A stretch of 64,000 nucleotides of DNA from an uncultured Candidatus Saccharibacteria bacterium (GTDB lineage Bacteria > Patescibacteriota > Minisyncoccia > Phycocordibacterales > UBA2100), in contig CAYNRJ010000001.1 of assembly GCA_964399865.1 (NCBI GenBank), positions 330,050 through 394,049 of the forward strand, in the 5' to 3' direction. The notes beneath the pieces are model-generated. The model was not told where the DNA came from and searched no databases. It saw only the letters and a program-made list of their open reading frames with translations. A program made the position numbers and the translations under genes. Shown piece after piece: positions 1-9,480 of this stretch (position 1 is its first letter; each line of letters begins with the position of its first letter).

Positions 1-105
1 AGATGCGCTCTACAAAGGCGGTAATGACGGCGTCGTTATCCCGACCGGCATTCAAACTGCCTCTACAAATGGTCCGGAAGAAACCGAGACCATCATCGAT
101 GATAT

Positions 106-1155
106 TCAGATTGTTTGCGCGATCAAAGGCTCTGCAAAGAACGCGTAGTCAGCCACAAAGAAGAGACCGACCATGATGACGAGTAGCGCACCGACGCGCA
201 TGGCTTTTTTCTGATGATGCGCTCGCATCTCAAGCCCTGTTTCAATAGCGAGCGCGAGAAGTATTAAGAACGCCACGATGTAATACGCATATTTTAATGT
301 CTCCTGTGGGAAGCCTACAATGTATCCCCAAAGTGGAATGTCTTTGGATGCCTCCTCAACGAGTGTAGCGGCGACGACTGGCTCAGTGAGATCTGGTGCG
401 GCAGCGGGGACGGGAGCAGGCTTCTCTTCTTCTGACTCCGAACCGAGAACCTGGATTTCTTCCACAGCAGGTGCTGAGGCTATAGCAGGTTCTCTTGGAT
501 CCTCGGGAACGATATCGGGTCTTTCGTCTGCTGAAGCCGTCGCTATGAAGGACGCGCCCCCATCATCGATTTCTTGTGACACTTTCGGCACACCAAATAC
601 CTGGACGACGAATGTCGTCGAACGTCCCTGATATATCCCCTGCGCCGTTGCGATACCTATCTCTGAGAATTTCGTATTCAAAATATTGTCGCGATGTGTG
701 GGTGAATTCATCCACGCGCGCTCTACATCTCCTGAATCTGAGAAGTCGACCGCAAGATTTTCCCCGGCGAGCGAATATTCATATCCCACGGTTTGAAACC
801 AGTGCCATGGATCGAGGCCTTCCGGTGAAGTGTGCGCAAAATATCCCTTTGCCGCCATGTCGTTTGCTTTTGCTTGAGCTACCTCAACAAGAGTCGGATT
901 AAGCGTGAGTGTGCCCAATCCGTTTGAAACTCGATCCGCATTTGCGAGGTCTACGAGAATCGCGGAAATTACCGCGGCCACGCTCGGAGAGCGGAGTGCA
1001 TTTTGTTGAAAACTAGAGGTGAGGAAAATCCCCACGATAAGCACACCGATGAGCATGATCGAGGCGCCGCCGAGGAATTCTACTTGGCGACGCTCACGCT
1101 TTCGCTTGGGGAGAAGCGCCTTTAAGGAATTCCGGGAATGGCGTTTTTTACTCAC
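106..1155 (-). CDS. CAP/SCP (PR-1-like) domain protein with N-terminal membrane anchor, Pro/Ala-rich linker and C-terminal TM segments
   Basis: 349-aa ORF with a CAP-like core (HTSPEGLDPWHW, GENLA, WMNSPTHRDNIL). N- and C-terminal segments are hydrophobic. The start is probably the GTG at 1155. Confidence 0.55.
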   Translation of the reverse strand: MSKKRHSRNSLKALLPKRKRERRQVEFLGGASIMLIGVLIVGIFLTSSFQQNALRSPSVAAVISAILVDLANADRVSNGLGTLTLNPTLVEVAQAKANDMAAKGYFAHTSPEGLDPWHWFQTVGYEYSLAGENLAVDFSDSGDVERAWMNSPTHRDNILNTKFSEIGIATAQGIYQGRSTTFVVQVFGVPKVSQEIDDGGASFIATASADERPDIVPEDPREPAIASAPAVEEIQVLGSESEEEKPAPVPAAAPDLTEPVVAATLVEEASKDIPLWGYIVGFPQETLKYAYYIVAFLILLALAIETGLEMRAHHQKKAMRVGALLVIMVGLFFVADYAFFAEPLIAQTI

Positions 1156-1219
1156 GCCTTTAAGTATAGCGCGCCTACAAATCGGCCGAGCAGCCGTATT
1201 CCCTGCCTAGATGCCCTAT

Positions 1220-1768
1220 TTAGTTAGTCTGACCAGCGCGAAGCGCGTTCATCTGAGCGATGAGGCTGTCGATGAGAGTCTGGAGTTCGAGGATCTTCTT
1301 CTGAGTATCAGAGCTTGGAGTCGTGCCTTTGTTGAGGAGAGCACGAGTAAGGGGGCCAACGATGCCGACTGACTCGAGACCATTCGCCTTCTGGAACGCC
1401 TTAACAGCGGCCTCGGTCAAGGGACCAAAGAATCCTGTTGGAGCATCAATATCGAGATAGCCGCCTGCGATAAGGATCTTCTGGAGTTCTGTAACATCTT
1501 CTCCTTCTGAACCAAGCATGAGGGTTACGCCGAAGTAGTATGCAGAAGCACCGAGAACCTGCCCTACTGGGCCGATTGACCCATTGGAAGTGACCCCTAG
1601 AACAGCGCCATTGATTGGGACAATGGTTAATACCGCGTTGTTACTGCCACCACCCCCGCCTGTTCCGCCGCCGTATCCTGTCTGGGCAAAAGCGATGACT
1701 GGAGCGACAAAAATAGCTGCAGCAGCGAGAGCGAATGCCGTTGATCTTGAGTGAAGTATTGTATTCAT
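1220..1768 (-). CDS. secreted Gly-rich protein with peptidoglycan-binding (PG_binding_1-like) domain
   Basis: Signal peptide (AFALAAAAIFVAPVIAFA) followed by a GGGTGGGGGS tract. A C-terminal LQKILIAGGYL...GFFGPLTEAAVKAFQKANGL...GPLT motif is typical of PG-binding domains. Confidence 0.55.
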   Translation of the reverse strand: MNTILHSRSTAFALAAAAIFVAPVIAFAQTGYGGGTGGGGGSNNAVLTIVPINGAVLGVTSNGSIGPVGQVLGASAYYFGVTLMLGSEGEDVTELQKILIAGGYLDIDAPTGFFGPLTEAAVKAFQKANGLESVGIVGPLTRALLNKGTTPSSDTQKKILELQTLIDSLIAQMNALRAGQTN

Positions 1769-1885
1769 GAGAAATCGCTAAAGGATGGCTAGAAATCAGG
1801 ACGGAAGCCCATTCCCTCAGCGGCAAGCACCATATACCAGCCCTGTGGATAACGCAAGGATTTTTCGGCGTAGAGCTAGACAACT

Positions 1886-1913
1886 AAAAAAGCCCGTTTT
1901 TGCGGGCTTTTTT
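1886..1913. terminator. bidirectional rho-independent terminator
   Basis: A6, then GCCCG/CGGGC stem with 6-nt loop, then T6; lies just 3' of the 1939..2259 minus-strand gene. Confidence 0.6.
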
Positions 1914-1938
1914 AAGAGTTTAGGTATAAATTAGGAAC

Positions 1939-2259
1939 CTATCTTCCAAAAATTCGATTTAGGAGAGTTCGAAGATTTGAGCGGAGCTCATCAAGCAGAT
2001 TCTGTACTCGAGGCGGTATTGCGTCTCCGCCCCCGTAACCGAAGCCATTGTCACCGTAGACGATGTTGAACTGTCGTTCTACTGAACTCGGAGGCGTAGC
2101 TTGAGCGTAGGCAGGAGATGCGGTGAATACTATGGCCATGAGAATGGCTACGGCTGCGCATGCAAGTGCCAAGCCGCGGAATAGAGTCTTATTCGATTCA
2201 AGTTTTTGTGTGTGCATAGTGATGTTTACATTAGATATGACGGCCCGGCTGATAATCAC
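1939..2259 (-). CDS. small secreted hypothetical protein
   Basis: 106-aa ORF; internal Met (MHTQK...) is followed by a hydrophobic signal-like segment ending AYAQA; start is ambiguous (2259 or about 2217). Confidence 0.35.
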   Translation of the reverse strand: MIISRAVISNVNITMHTQKLESNKTLFRGLALACAAVAILMAIVFTASPAYAQATPPSSVERQFNIVYGDNGFGYGGGDAIPPRVQNLLDELRSNLRTLLNRIFGR

Positions 2260-2305
2260 TTACGCAGCTTACGAAACGTAGATGATGTCTCTATGAAGAA
2301 GTATA

Positions 2306-4060
2306 TCAGAGGCGAAAGAGTGTGATCTGACTGCGATCACTGCTATCAACACCTTTATACACAGGGTTATCAACAGTTTCGTATATCGCCTCAAGCGACG
2401 GGTCACTCAGAAATGGATATCTGAATGGATCTAGCCCCACAAGATCATTAGTAAAGATGATGTAGTCGACGTTTTCGTCTCGAAACACTGAGAGCGCATC
2501 GCTGCTTGTGAGGGCATTGCTTGTGACCGCTTGAGATACCGCTTGATACGTAGCGTCAGCGTAGCCTTGCTCCCCTACTTGCCCTATTTCCGCATCTACG
2601 GACGAAATGATTTTGCAATCAAAGAATTGAGATGCGGTGTTTGCCGTTAACATTCCATTATTGAATGCGAGCCAGTAGTACTGGTGCCACGGGAGGAATA
2701 TCGCTGTGCAATCTTCTTCCTCCGCGAGGATCGCGTTCACTTCGTACCACGACTTCGGATAATCCACCGGCTGTATCTGCCCTGCAAATCCCCCGAGCAT
2801 GGTGAACGTGTAGAGGAACGGCAGCAAAATGAACGCTGCCTGTGCTCCGCGCCTCCATGTCGGACGAACGCGGGCGACGAGGTACGCCGCGCCCGCAGCA
2901 AAAAAGTATGCGTACACAAGCGCGAGGAACATGCTCCACTTTTGCGTATCGCGGAATCCACTCCAGAACGAGATGTTCTCGAAAAGCCAGAGGTTGAAAT
3001 TGTGGAGGATCGAATCCGCCAGGCCGATAGAAAATACGAACGCCGCGACTGCAACCCCGAATAGTGCGATGAGATGACATCTCATCGCATCTTGCGTGTC
3101 GGCTGCAATGAGGCGTCGCCTCATTGCATCCTTCAGGAGGACAAAGAAGCCGAGGAGGATGGTCGCGGCGAGGATGAGGAGGGTTGGGATGAAAACAAAG
3201 GGAAAATCTTTTGGCGAGAGGAGTGATTGCATCCAGGGATACGATTCGCCCCAGAAGCCGTAGAGCATAAGGACGTTCCCCACGGCGCCGACGTATGGGT
3301 CTGCGGAAGTTTTGAATGCTTCCCAATGTTCTTCGGTGAAGTTAGTGAGCGGTGCGGTTTCCGGAGTCGTGAGATATGGGACTACCCAATACAGAGAACC
3401 GATGATGACGAGTAGTGCTGCGAGTGTTGCGTATTTCGCGAGTGCGAAGAACGACTCGGAGTCGCGAGCGAGTAAGTGGCGGAGAGCCGCGACCGCGACA
3501 GCGGTCGCGGCGATGAGGATTACCATTACGAAAATGTGGAGTGTGAACACACCGATCAGAAGCATCGTGAGCGAGAGGGAGATTGCTATGAGATGACATC
3601 TCATCGCATTGCTAGAGGGGCGGAGGAGGTTGAGGAGGAAGTAGAAAAATGGGGCGAGGAGGGCGTAGGCGAAAAGGACGGCCCATTGCCCTGCTAGGAA
3701 GCGTTCGTATACGAAGGGGTTTACTGCAAAGAGTGCTGCGGCGGCGTAGCGAGCCCAGCTATCTATATTGAATGGGAAGAAACGAATTGGAAGATAGAAA
3801 AGTGAGAAAAAGAGCCCGATAAGGAGAATCTTTTGGATAACCCACATTGGGAATAGAAATTCCAATCCGTAAAAAAGGAGGTGGAGGGGCAAGCTGTTGA
3901 TGAGTCCAGTAAGGCTCGGAAAAACGTGTAACGGGTCAAAAATCATGTCCCAGGTCAGGACATAGCCGGGCAAAAGCATTTGCCAGAGAATTAAGATAGT
4001 TCCTGCGAAGGCAAAAAGGATGTAAGGGTGCTTCCCTACCCAATTAGAGATTGTGCTCAT
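2306..4060 (-). CDS. polytopic integral membrane protein, putative GT-C-like glycosyltransferase or polymerase
   Basis: 584-aa ORF with more than 12 predicted TM helices. It sits in a glycosyltransferase operon, and its start overlaps the downstream small ORF by 4 nt. It contains three in-frame 23-bp palindromes. Confidence 0.45.
   Translation of the reverse strand: MSTISNWVGKHPYILFAFAGTILILWQMLLPGYVLTWDMIFDPLHVFPSLTGLINSLPLHLLFYGLEFLFPMWVIQKILLIGLFFSLFYLPIRFFPFNIDSWARYAAAALFAVNPFVYERFLAGQWAVLFAYALLAPFFYFLLNLLRPSSNAMRCHLIAISLSLTMLLIGVFTLHIFVMVILIAATAVAVAALRHLLARDSESFFALAKYATLAALLVIIGSLYWVVPYLTTPETAPLTNFTEEHWEAFKTSADPYVGAVGNVLMLYGFWGESYPWMQSLLSPKDFPFVFIPTLLILAATILLGFFVLLKDAMRRRLIAADTQDAMRCHLIALFGVAVAAFVFSIGLADSILHNFNLWLFENISFWSGFRDTQKWSMFLALVYAYFFAAGAAYLVARVRPTWRRGAQAAFILLPFLYTFTMLGGFAGQIQPVDYPKSWYEVNAILAEEEDCTAIFLPWHQYYWLAFNNGMLTANTASQFFDCKIISSVDAEIGQVGEQGYADATYQAVSQAVTSNALTSSDALSVFRDENVDYIIFTNDLVGLDPFRYPFLSDPSLEAIYETVDNPVYKGVDSSDRSQITLFRL
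3067..3089. repeat. 23-bp palindrome gcgatgagatgacatctcatcgc (encodes AMRCHLIA on minus strand)
   Basis: Read directly from the sequence; the palindrome is perfect apart from its centre base. Confidence 0.9.
3106..3128. repeat. 23-bp palindrome gcaatgaggcgtcgcctcattgc (encodes AMRRRLIA on minus strand)
   Basis: Read directly; 16 nt downstream of the previous palindrome and of the same design. Confidence 0.9.
3585..3607. repeat. third copy of the atgagatgacatctcatcgcat palindromic core (encodes AMRCHLIA)
   Basis: A 22-nt stretch identical to 3070..3091 lies 518 bp away inside the same CDS. Confidence 0.9.
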
Positions 4061-4470
4061 ATTTTTTCTTCGGTGACATTTCGCAAATCGAGCACCGGAA
4101 TCGGTTTCTCGGGCTTTCTCACATTCTTGAGAATATTGGAATGTTTAGGTTTACGCTTAAGCTCAATTATCTGGAGTGCGACGGTCATCACGAGGAAATA
4201 GTATGCGTAGACAGCCATTTCCTCTGCGATCGCATCCTGATCAATTGAAAGAAGTATTGGACACGACGTAAGCAGGAGGATCGCAACAGCGCCGAGAATG
4301 CGGTTATCCCACCGGAAAAACAGGAACGCGAGAAATACTGACCAGAATATCGCCGCTGTACCCAAGAACGCAAAAATACCGAGCCCGAGAGTGAGGATAA
4401 TGAGAGACTTCTCCACTGTTAGCCACGGAGCCTTTTGCGTCATGATTAGATTGTAAACTTTTCTAAGCAT
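4057..4470 (-). CDS. small integral membrane protein (3-4 TM), function unknown
   Basis: 137-aa hydrophobic ORF translationally coupled to flanking membrane-protein genes; the start could be the internal Met at about 4443. Confidence 0.4.
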   Translation of the reverse strand: MLRKVYNLIMTQKAPWLTVEKSLIILTLGLGIFAFLGTAAIFWSVFLAFLFFRWDNRILGAVAILLLTSCPILLSIDQDAIAEEMAVYAYYFLVMTVALQIIELKRKPKHSNILKNVRKPEKPIPVLDLRNVTEEKI

Positions 4471-7400
4471 ACAGTTTGCGACGTATTCGTTTTACTCCTT
4501 CGTATCCAAGGTATCCCAAGCATCCTATGAGAGTCGTTCCCGAAATCAGAAGTCCGAGATAAAACCATCTCTGCGGCCAGAACTCAATTACGAACTCGAT
4601 GTTGTAACTTCCGTCGGCATTTTTCGTACACAGCTGTTTAACTTCGCACAGTTCCTCTGTGTCTACGTACCATGCGTTTAAGAATCCATTTAACTGATAG
4701 TGATACTCATCGGCTACCCTATCTGGCTTTGCGAACGGCCACCAAGAGTTCACGAGGCCATGAATCTCTCCATTATTTAATTGAAGTTGCCATTGATCAT
4801 GGTAGCTTTCGGTCATTGCGAGAAAAAAAGAGGTAGCTGCCGCTTTTACATGCACTTTTTTCTTGGTAGGACTTTCAAATTCAAATATTATAGACGTTGA
4901 TTCTTCCAAAGCACTTTCGAATATCGGCTCCCTTACTATATACAAAGCACCTCTTAAATCGGGTACCTCAATAAGCTGAATATTATCGTAACGGTTAATA
5001 ATATTGGTTATCCCGTCTTTTGCCCTCGCATACACATTGAAAGATAGTGTCCTTGTACCTGCAGGTATTTCAATGATTTCAGAGTAGCGGTGCCAACCTT
5101 TATCGGTAATCGATAACATTTTTCTGATACTGGTCTTAGCGGAATTATCAAATCCTATATAATAAGAGGCGGAGGCCGCATTCGGACTTTGGTAGTCAAA
5201 GCTCAATAGGTAAGTTCCGGCATTTACTGATATCGACTGACTCGTGCAAGCAATATGTCGTGTAGCTTCGAGCTGCAAAGATTGATCACCCTCCGTTTTT
5301 TCTGACGTATTCAGACTCATGGCAAGGAGACCATTGTTATCGAATCGGTTACAGTCCCCAACTTCTCTTTGCCAGGTACCATCCTCAAAGGATCCATTAA
5401 TCATCAAATTCTCGTACGAATTCAAGGGATTCATATAGGAGATGGTACTTGTCCCTATAGGAGCTGAGACTAGAGTTCGTATAGAGGCCTGAGACAAGAC
5501 TGATGAGTTTATTAACATCTCACCGTTCCTTTTTTGAATAATATACCCGGCAGTTTTTTTGCCGTCGACACTCTTAAACGTGGATGTAATTGTGCTTGTC
5601 GAGATATTCTCTATTGTAAAGTTCTCAAAAGGATTTTTAATATCCATTAACGGTTTCGAGGATTTATGCGGCGAATCAATGGTGTAGAAAAATTGTTTAG
5701 CCAGTTGATTGCTTATAAAATCATATTTTCTTTCAAGGTTATCTACGGATTCAAGTGAAAGAAGGTTCGTAAAGGAAAAAATATGTGGCTTGTAGCCCTT
5801 ATTCTCATATACAACCAGCGCCGCTGTGTTTAAGTCCACTGGGTAGAGCCATGGGATTGAATTCAAGTGATCGAGATATAGTTTTCGGATTTCTGGATTT
5901 TCCCGACCGCCATAGTCAATGAAGAAATCATCGTCATTTTCAATATCCTGGGTTGGCACAATCACATATTTGATCGAGGATAAATCAAAAAGCGAATCTG
6001 CATAGGGTGTGCTAAATAGCGAAATCATGCGGTCCTGCGCACGGTCTGATGAATGTGATGTAAAGTCCATCCATACAGAATCGACGAGCGTAATAGCGCT
6101 AAGCTTTGAATGATTTCTGGTATAGACGCCCCATCGAGAATCTCTGGGAATCCAAAAAGTCCTGAAATAATCTGGTTGTATAAGAATAAAATTATTAAGA
6201 GTTGAATAATCAGTAGGTATATTTCGCGCTACAAAGAGAGTGCCTATCTCTCCAGTTATTAGAGGCTTAAAATTCCATAACAAACTCCCGGCTATCGCAA
6301 TTATTAATAGATATTTCCCTATTACCTTTATAGTTCCGACAGACCAGTTTCTCCAAATCCAATCGACAAATGCAGCGGTCAATATGGAATAGCTGATGAC
6401 AATCAATGAGTAAAATTTCGAAGCTTCTCGAAAAGCCTTAAACCCTGGGAAATTTTCAAATAACCAGGGGTATAAGTTCTCCCATGGGCTATCCACCTGC
6501 TTCGACAAAAGTATACCGATAAGACCAAGCGCCCCTGCAAATACGACGAGCTTATTCTTCCTTTGTATAACTAGTCCGAGAAAGGCTGTTAGTGGCAACA
6601 ACCAAAAGTGCGAAGGTATTGGCTGATTTTCAAATACCTGAACGCCTTCGGGAGACCACCAGGGATGATGGAGGGTAAATGAGTAAAAGATATTCCAAAA
6701 ATGATTCCCGAACAGTTCTCGTAAAAGGAGATAATTGCTTTCTAGTGATCCTATTTTCGTTAAAGCTAGCAGCCAGAATAAATTTAAAAGTAAGAAAATT
6801 ACCGCCGCAGGTGCTAAATATCTATAAAACTGCCGCAACCTCGAGAAAAAGTATTCCTTCGAACCAAGTAGAAGATCAAATACCGTATATAAGGCCAACA
6901 AGAAAGCGGCAATGTAAAAAGCCCGCGGTTCATAACTACACATTGCTAGTGCAATTAAAACGACAAAGAGAATCTGCTGGAACCGGGGATTCTCTAAATA
7001 ACAGAGAAAAGAATAGAGCAGCAAGGGCAGCAATGAAAACGCTGCTGCAAGCGTAATGTGGCCGGTATCAAGCGTGAGAGCGTAGGTGTTACCAATAAAT
7101 ACCAAGGATCCAATTATTGTCGCTATAAGATTATTGAAAATCTTATGGATAAGGAGTCCTGTTCCTACTAAACTCAGAAAGAGAATCGGCCAAAGATGTA
7201 TAGCTCTTTCTGTGATTTCATAAGGCAAATTCAAGAAAAGAGGTAATGCACCGTACAGCGAATAAAAGAAGGCTTGGGGTAGATCAATTAAAATACGTCC
7301 AAAAGAGAAGTCCGATAACCAGGTCGAAAAATAATCACCTCGAATGGAGATGGCGGTCTCTCTAAAAAAGAACCCCCAGTCGCCGTGTGTCAGTATATTT

Positions 7401-7492
7401 GCGGTGAAAATCCACTCTCGAAAGGCAATGAGTATTGTGAGGGTTACTGAAAATATTAGAGCAACCTTGAATAGACGGTCTACTTTTATCAT
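4463..7492 (-). CDS. large membrane protein: N-terminal multi-TM domain (YfhO/GT-C-like) plus ~550-aa extracytoplasmic C-terminal domain
   Basis: 1009-aa ORF; about 12 TM helices in the first ~430 aa, a hydrophilic beta-rich middle part and a final C-terminal TM helix; located in a glycosylation operon. Confidence 0.45.
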   Translation of the reverse strand: MIKVDRLFKVALIFSVTLTILIAFREWIFTANILTHGDWGFFFRETAISIRGDYFSTWLSDFSFGRILIDLPQAFFYSLYGALPLFLNLPYEITERAIHLWPILFLSLVGTGLLIHKIFNNLIATIIGSLVFIGNTYALTLDTGHITLAAAFSLLPLLLYSFLCYLENPRFQQILFVVLIALAMCSYEPRAFYIAAFLLALYTVFDLLLGSKEYFFSRLRQFYRYLAPAAVIFLLLNLFWLLALTKIGSLESNYLLLRELFGNHFWNIFYSFTLHHPWWSPEGVQVFENQPIPSHFWLLPLTAFLGLVIQRKNKLVVFAGALGLIGILLSKQVDSPWENLYPWLFENFPGFKAFREASKFYSLIVISYSILTAAFVDWIWRNWSVGTIKVIGKYLLIIAIAGSLLWNFKPLITGEIGTLFVARNIPTDYSTLNNFILIQPDYFRTFWIPRDSRWGVYTRNHSKLSAITLVDSVWMDFTSHSSDRAQDRMISLFSTPYADSLFDLSSIKYVIVPTQDIENDDDFFIDYGGRENPEIRKLYLDHLNSIPWLYPVDLNTAALVVYENKGYKPHIFSFTNLLSLESVDNLERKYDFISNQLAKQFFYTIDSPHKSSKPLMDIKNPFENFTIENISTSTITSTFKSVDGKKTAGYIIQKRNGEMLINSSVLSQASIRTLVSAPIGTSTISYMNPLNSYENLMINGSFEDGTWQREVGDCNRFDNNGLLAMSLNTSEKTEGDQSLQLEATRHIACTSQSISVNAGTYLLSFDYQSPNAASASYYIGFDNSAKTSIRKMLSITDKGWHRYSEIIEIPAGTRTLSFNVYARAKDGITNIINRYDNIQLIEVPDLRGALYIVREPIFESALEESTSIIFEFESPTKKKVHVKAAATSFFLAMTESYHDQWQLQLNNGEIHGLVNSWWPFAKPDRVADEYHYQLNGFLNAWYVDTEELCEVKQLCTKNADGSYNIEFVIEFWPQRWFYLGLLISGTTLIGCLGYLGYEGVKRIRRKLYA

Positions 7493-7498
7493 ACAATT

Positions 7499-8665
7499 CT
7501 ATTCCGATCGAAAAAATAAATTTTCAAGTTTTTGCACGACATTCGTAATTTCAAAATTTGTTAGAATATTCCTCCGTGCTTCAATTCCCATTTGTCTATA
7601 CTCTCTTGAATTAGTGGTCCAAAGTTGGTAGGCACGCAAGATTGCAGAAGCAAATTCATTCGCATTTTTAGTGCGCACAAGCCAACCAGTTTTTCCAGGA
7701 TGGATAATGTCTCGAGGTCCCGGAATGTCACTGGCCACCACCGGTACACCACAAGCTTGCGCTTCCGCCGCCGAGTAGCAAAATGTCTCCCAATGGGATG
7801 GGACAACCACTAGATCGGCGTGGTGATAGTGGTTCACCATCTCTGTTCTGAAACCGAGAAAGTGACAATTCGAAAATTTCCTCTCAAGATCTTGAAGATC
7901 ATTCGATTTCGGACCCTCTCCAATAAAATAAAACTCCATTTTAGAGAATACGTTACTCATTGAAAGCTCCTCCACGGTTTGCACCAACGTATCTATGCCC
8001 TTCGGCTCAGTCATCCGTCCCACGTAATATATTTTGAATATAGAATGGGAACTCTCCGGTTTCAATGAAAATTTAATTGTATCCAATGGATTTGGGATAA
8101 CGGTGATGTTTTTATATCCTCGTCGGGCTAGTAACTCCCTCCCCGATTTATTCAAAACCAATATCCGAATCTTTGAACCCTTTACTAAATTCGAATAAAA
8201 TCTGGAACCATATAACATATTGTGTAGTTTCGAAAAAAATGTCTTTGCCTGCGGGTATATCAACGCCGTATGAAATCCGAAAATCACTTTATGGAAATCT
8301 ATACGAAAAAAATACTTAAGCAGTAAAACCTCAAAAATCTCATTCTTCGAATAAATCACATCGGCGTCCTTGAGGGCAGAATTAATTCTCCTTCGAGATG
8401 CCGTTCGAAAAAAAAGATCGACGAATGAAAAAGTCAGGTAGTTGGTAACGTTAAAACTATTTATCAGGTCCTCATCTGATATATTTTTTTTATGTTTCCC
8501 CCTCCTAAAAATTGTGCAGTAGAGATTATTTAATCCTTGAGTTGCGGTTACGTAACCCGTGTCATGACCTCGAGCGGAAAACCAACGACCGAGATTCATA
8601 AAATTAACTTCACAACCACCACCGTAATTTAGCGTCGAGAAATCGAAAAATATTATTTTTTTCAT
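7499..8665 (-). CDS. glycosyltransferase family 4 (GT-B fold)
   Basis: C-terminal EPKGIDTLV...FIGEGP...VVPSHWETFCYSAAEAQACGVPVVASDIPGPRDII, the GT4 EX7E signature. Confidence 0.8.
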   Translation of the reverse strand: MKKIIFFDFSTLNYGGGCEVNFMNLGRWFSARGHDTGYVTATQGLNNLYCTIFRRGKHKKNISDEDLINSFNVTNYLTFSFVDLFFRTASRRRINSALKDADVIYSKNEIFEVLLLKYFFRIDFHKVIFGFHTALIYPQAKTFFSKLHNMLYGSRFYSNLVKGSKIRILVLNKSGRELLARRGYKNITVIPNPLDTIKFSLKPESSHSIFKIYYVGRMTEPKGIDTLVQTVEELSMSNVFSKMEFYFIGEGPKSNDLQDLERKFSNCHFLGFRTEMVNHYHHADLVVVPSHWETFCYSAAEAQACGVPVVASDIPGPRDIIHPGKTGWLVRTKNANEFASAILRAYQLWTTNSREYRQMGIEARRNILTNFEITNVVQKLENLFFRSE

Positions 8666-9480
8666 ATTTTTTTAAATTTTGAAGCCACGAGCCCAGTACC
8701 TCCTGCAATATATTTGACGAGCAAATATACAAGGAAAATTGATGCCGTAAACGGTTTGCGTGCGAATTTCCGCCAATTATTTATATAAACTGGACGAATA
8801 AGACGGAGCTGAGATTTGGATTCTTTAGAATTTTCTTTTTTATAGTGAACGAAATCCCGCCCATATTGATAATATTTTTTCATGTGCCTCCAAAAACTCT
8901 TTGGCTCCCCAAGATGCAGCGCTTCCGCGTCAATAAACCCAGTTCTAAAACCAGCTCTGTGTAATTTATTTTGAAAGTCGTAGTCCTCACCAGCGGTGAT
9001 CTTCTCGTTAAACCCCCCTATCTTTTGATAGATATCTTTCCTAACAAAGCGTGCAGATGAATGCGTAATGTCATATTTATACATATCAACCTCAAACTTT
9101 CTGATTCGTGCTATCCAACTCACGCGCACATCAGGAGAATTGTGGACAACTACTGCATCGAATCCTTCAGACACCTTTCCGATGCATTGAGTTACCACTT
9201 CAGGGTCTAAAAGAAAATCCGAGTCTACCTTGTAGATATATTCCCCTCCTGCATGTGCGACACCAAAATTCACTTGAGCGCTTCGCTCGGGACCGTAATT
9301 GAATACGTTCTCTGTGTATTTGCGAGCAATTTCTTTCGTATTGTCGGTACTATTGTTATCCACGACAATAATCTCTATGTTTTTGTATGACTGCTCTTTG
9401 ATAGATTTCAAACATACGTCTAAAAACTCACTGGAGTTCTTTGTAGGAACGATGACTGAAACAAGCGGATTATTGGACAT
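8662..9480 (-). CDS. glycosyltransferase family 2
   Basis: N-terminal VSVIVPTKNSSEFLDVCLKSIKEQSYKNIEIIVVDNNSTD (GT-A DxD-type fold); ATGA overlap with the downstream gene. Confidence 0.8.
   Translation of the reverse strand: MSNNPLVSVIVPTKNSSEFLDVCLKSIKEQSYKNIEIIVVDNNSTDNTKEIARKYTENVFNYGPERSAQVNFGVAHAGGEYIYKVDSDFLLDPEVVTQCIGKVSEGFDAVVVHNSPDVRVSWIARIRKFEVDMYKYDITHSSARFVRKDIYQKIGGFNEKITAGEDYDFQNKLHRAGFRTGFIDAEALHLGEPKSFWRHMKKYYQYGRDFVHYKKENSKESKSQLRLIRPVYINNWRKFARKPFTASIFLVYLLVKYIAGGTGLVASKFKKI

Noticed and set aside
2658-3697. Cluster of 60-220-aa ORFs on both strands inside the 584-aa membrane-protein gene
   Set aside because: They are alternative-frame and antisense ORFs, Arg/His-rich with non-protein-like composition, nested in a well-supported operon gene.
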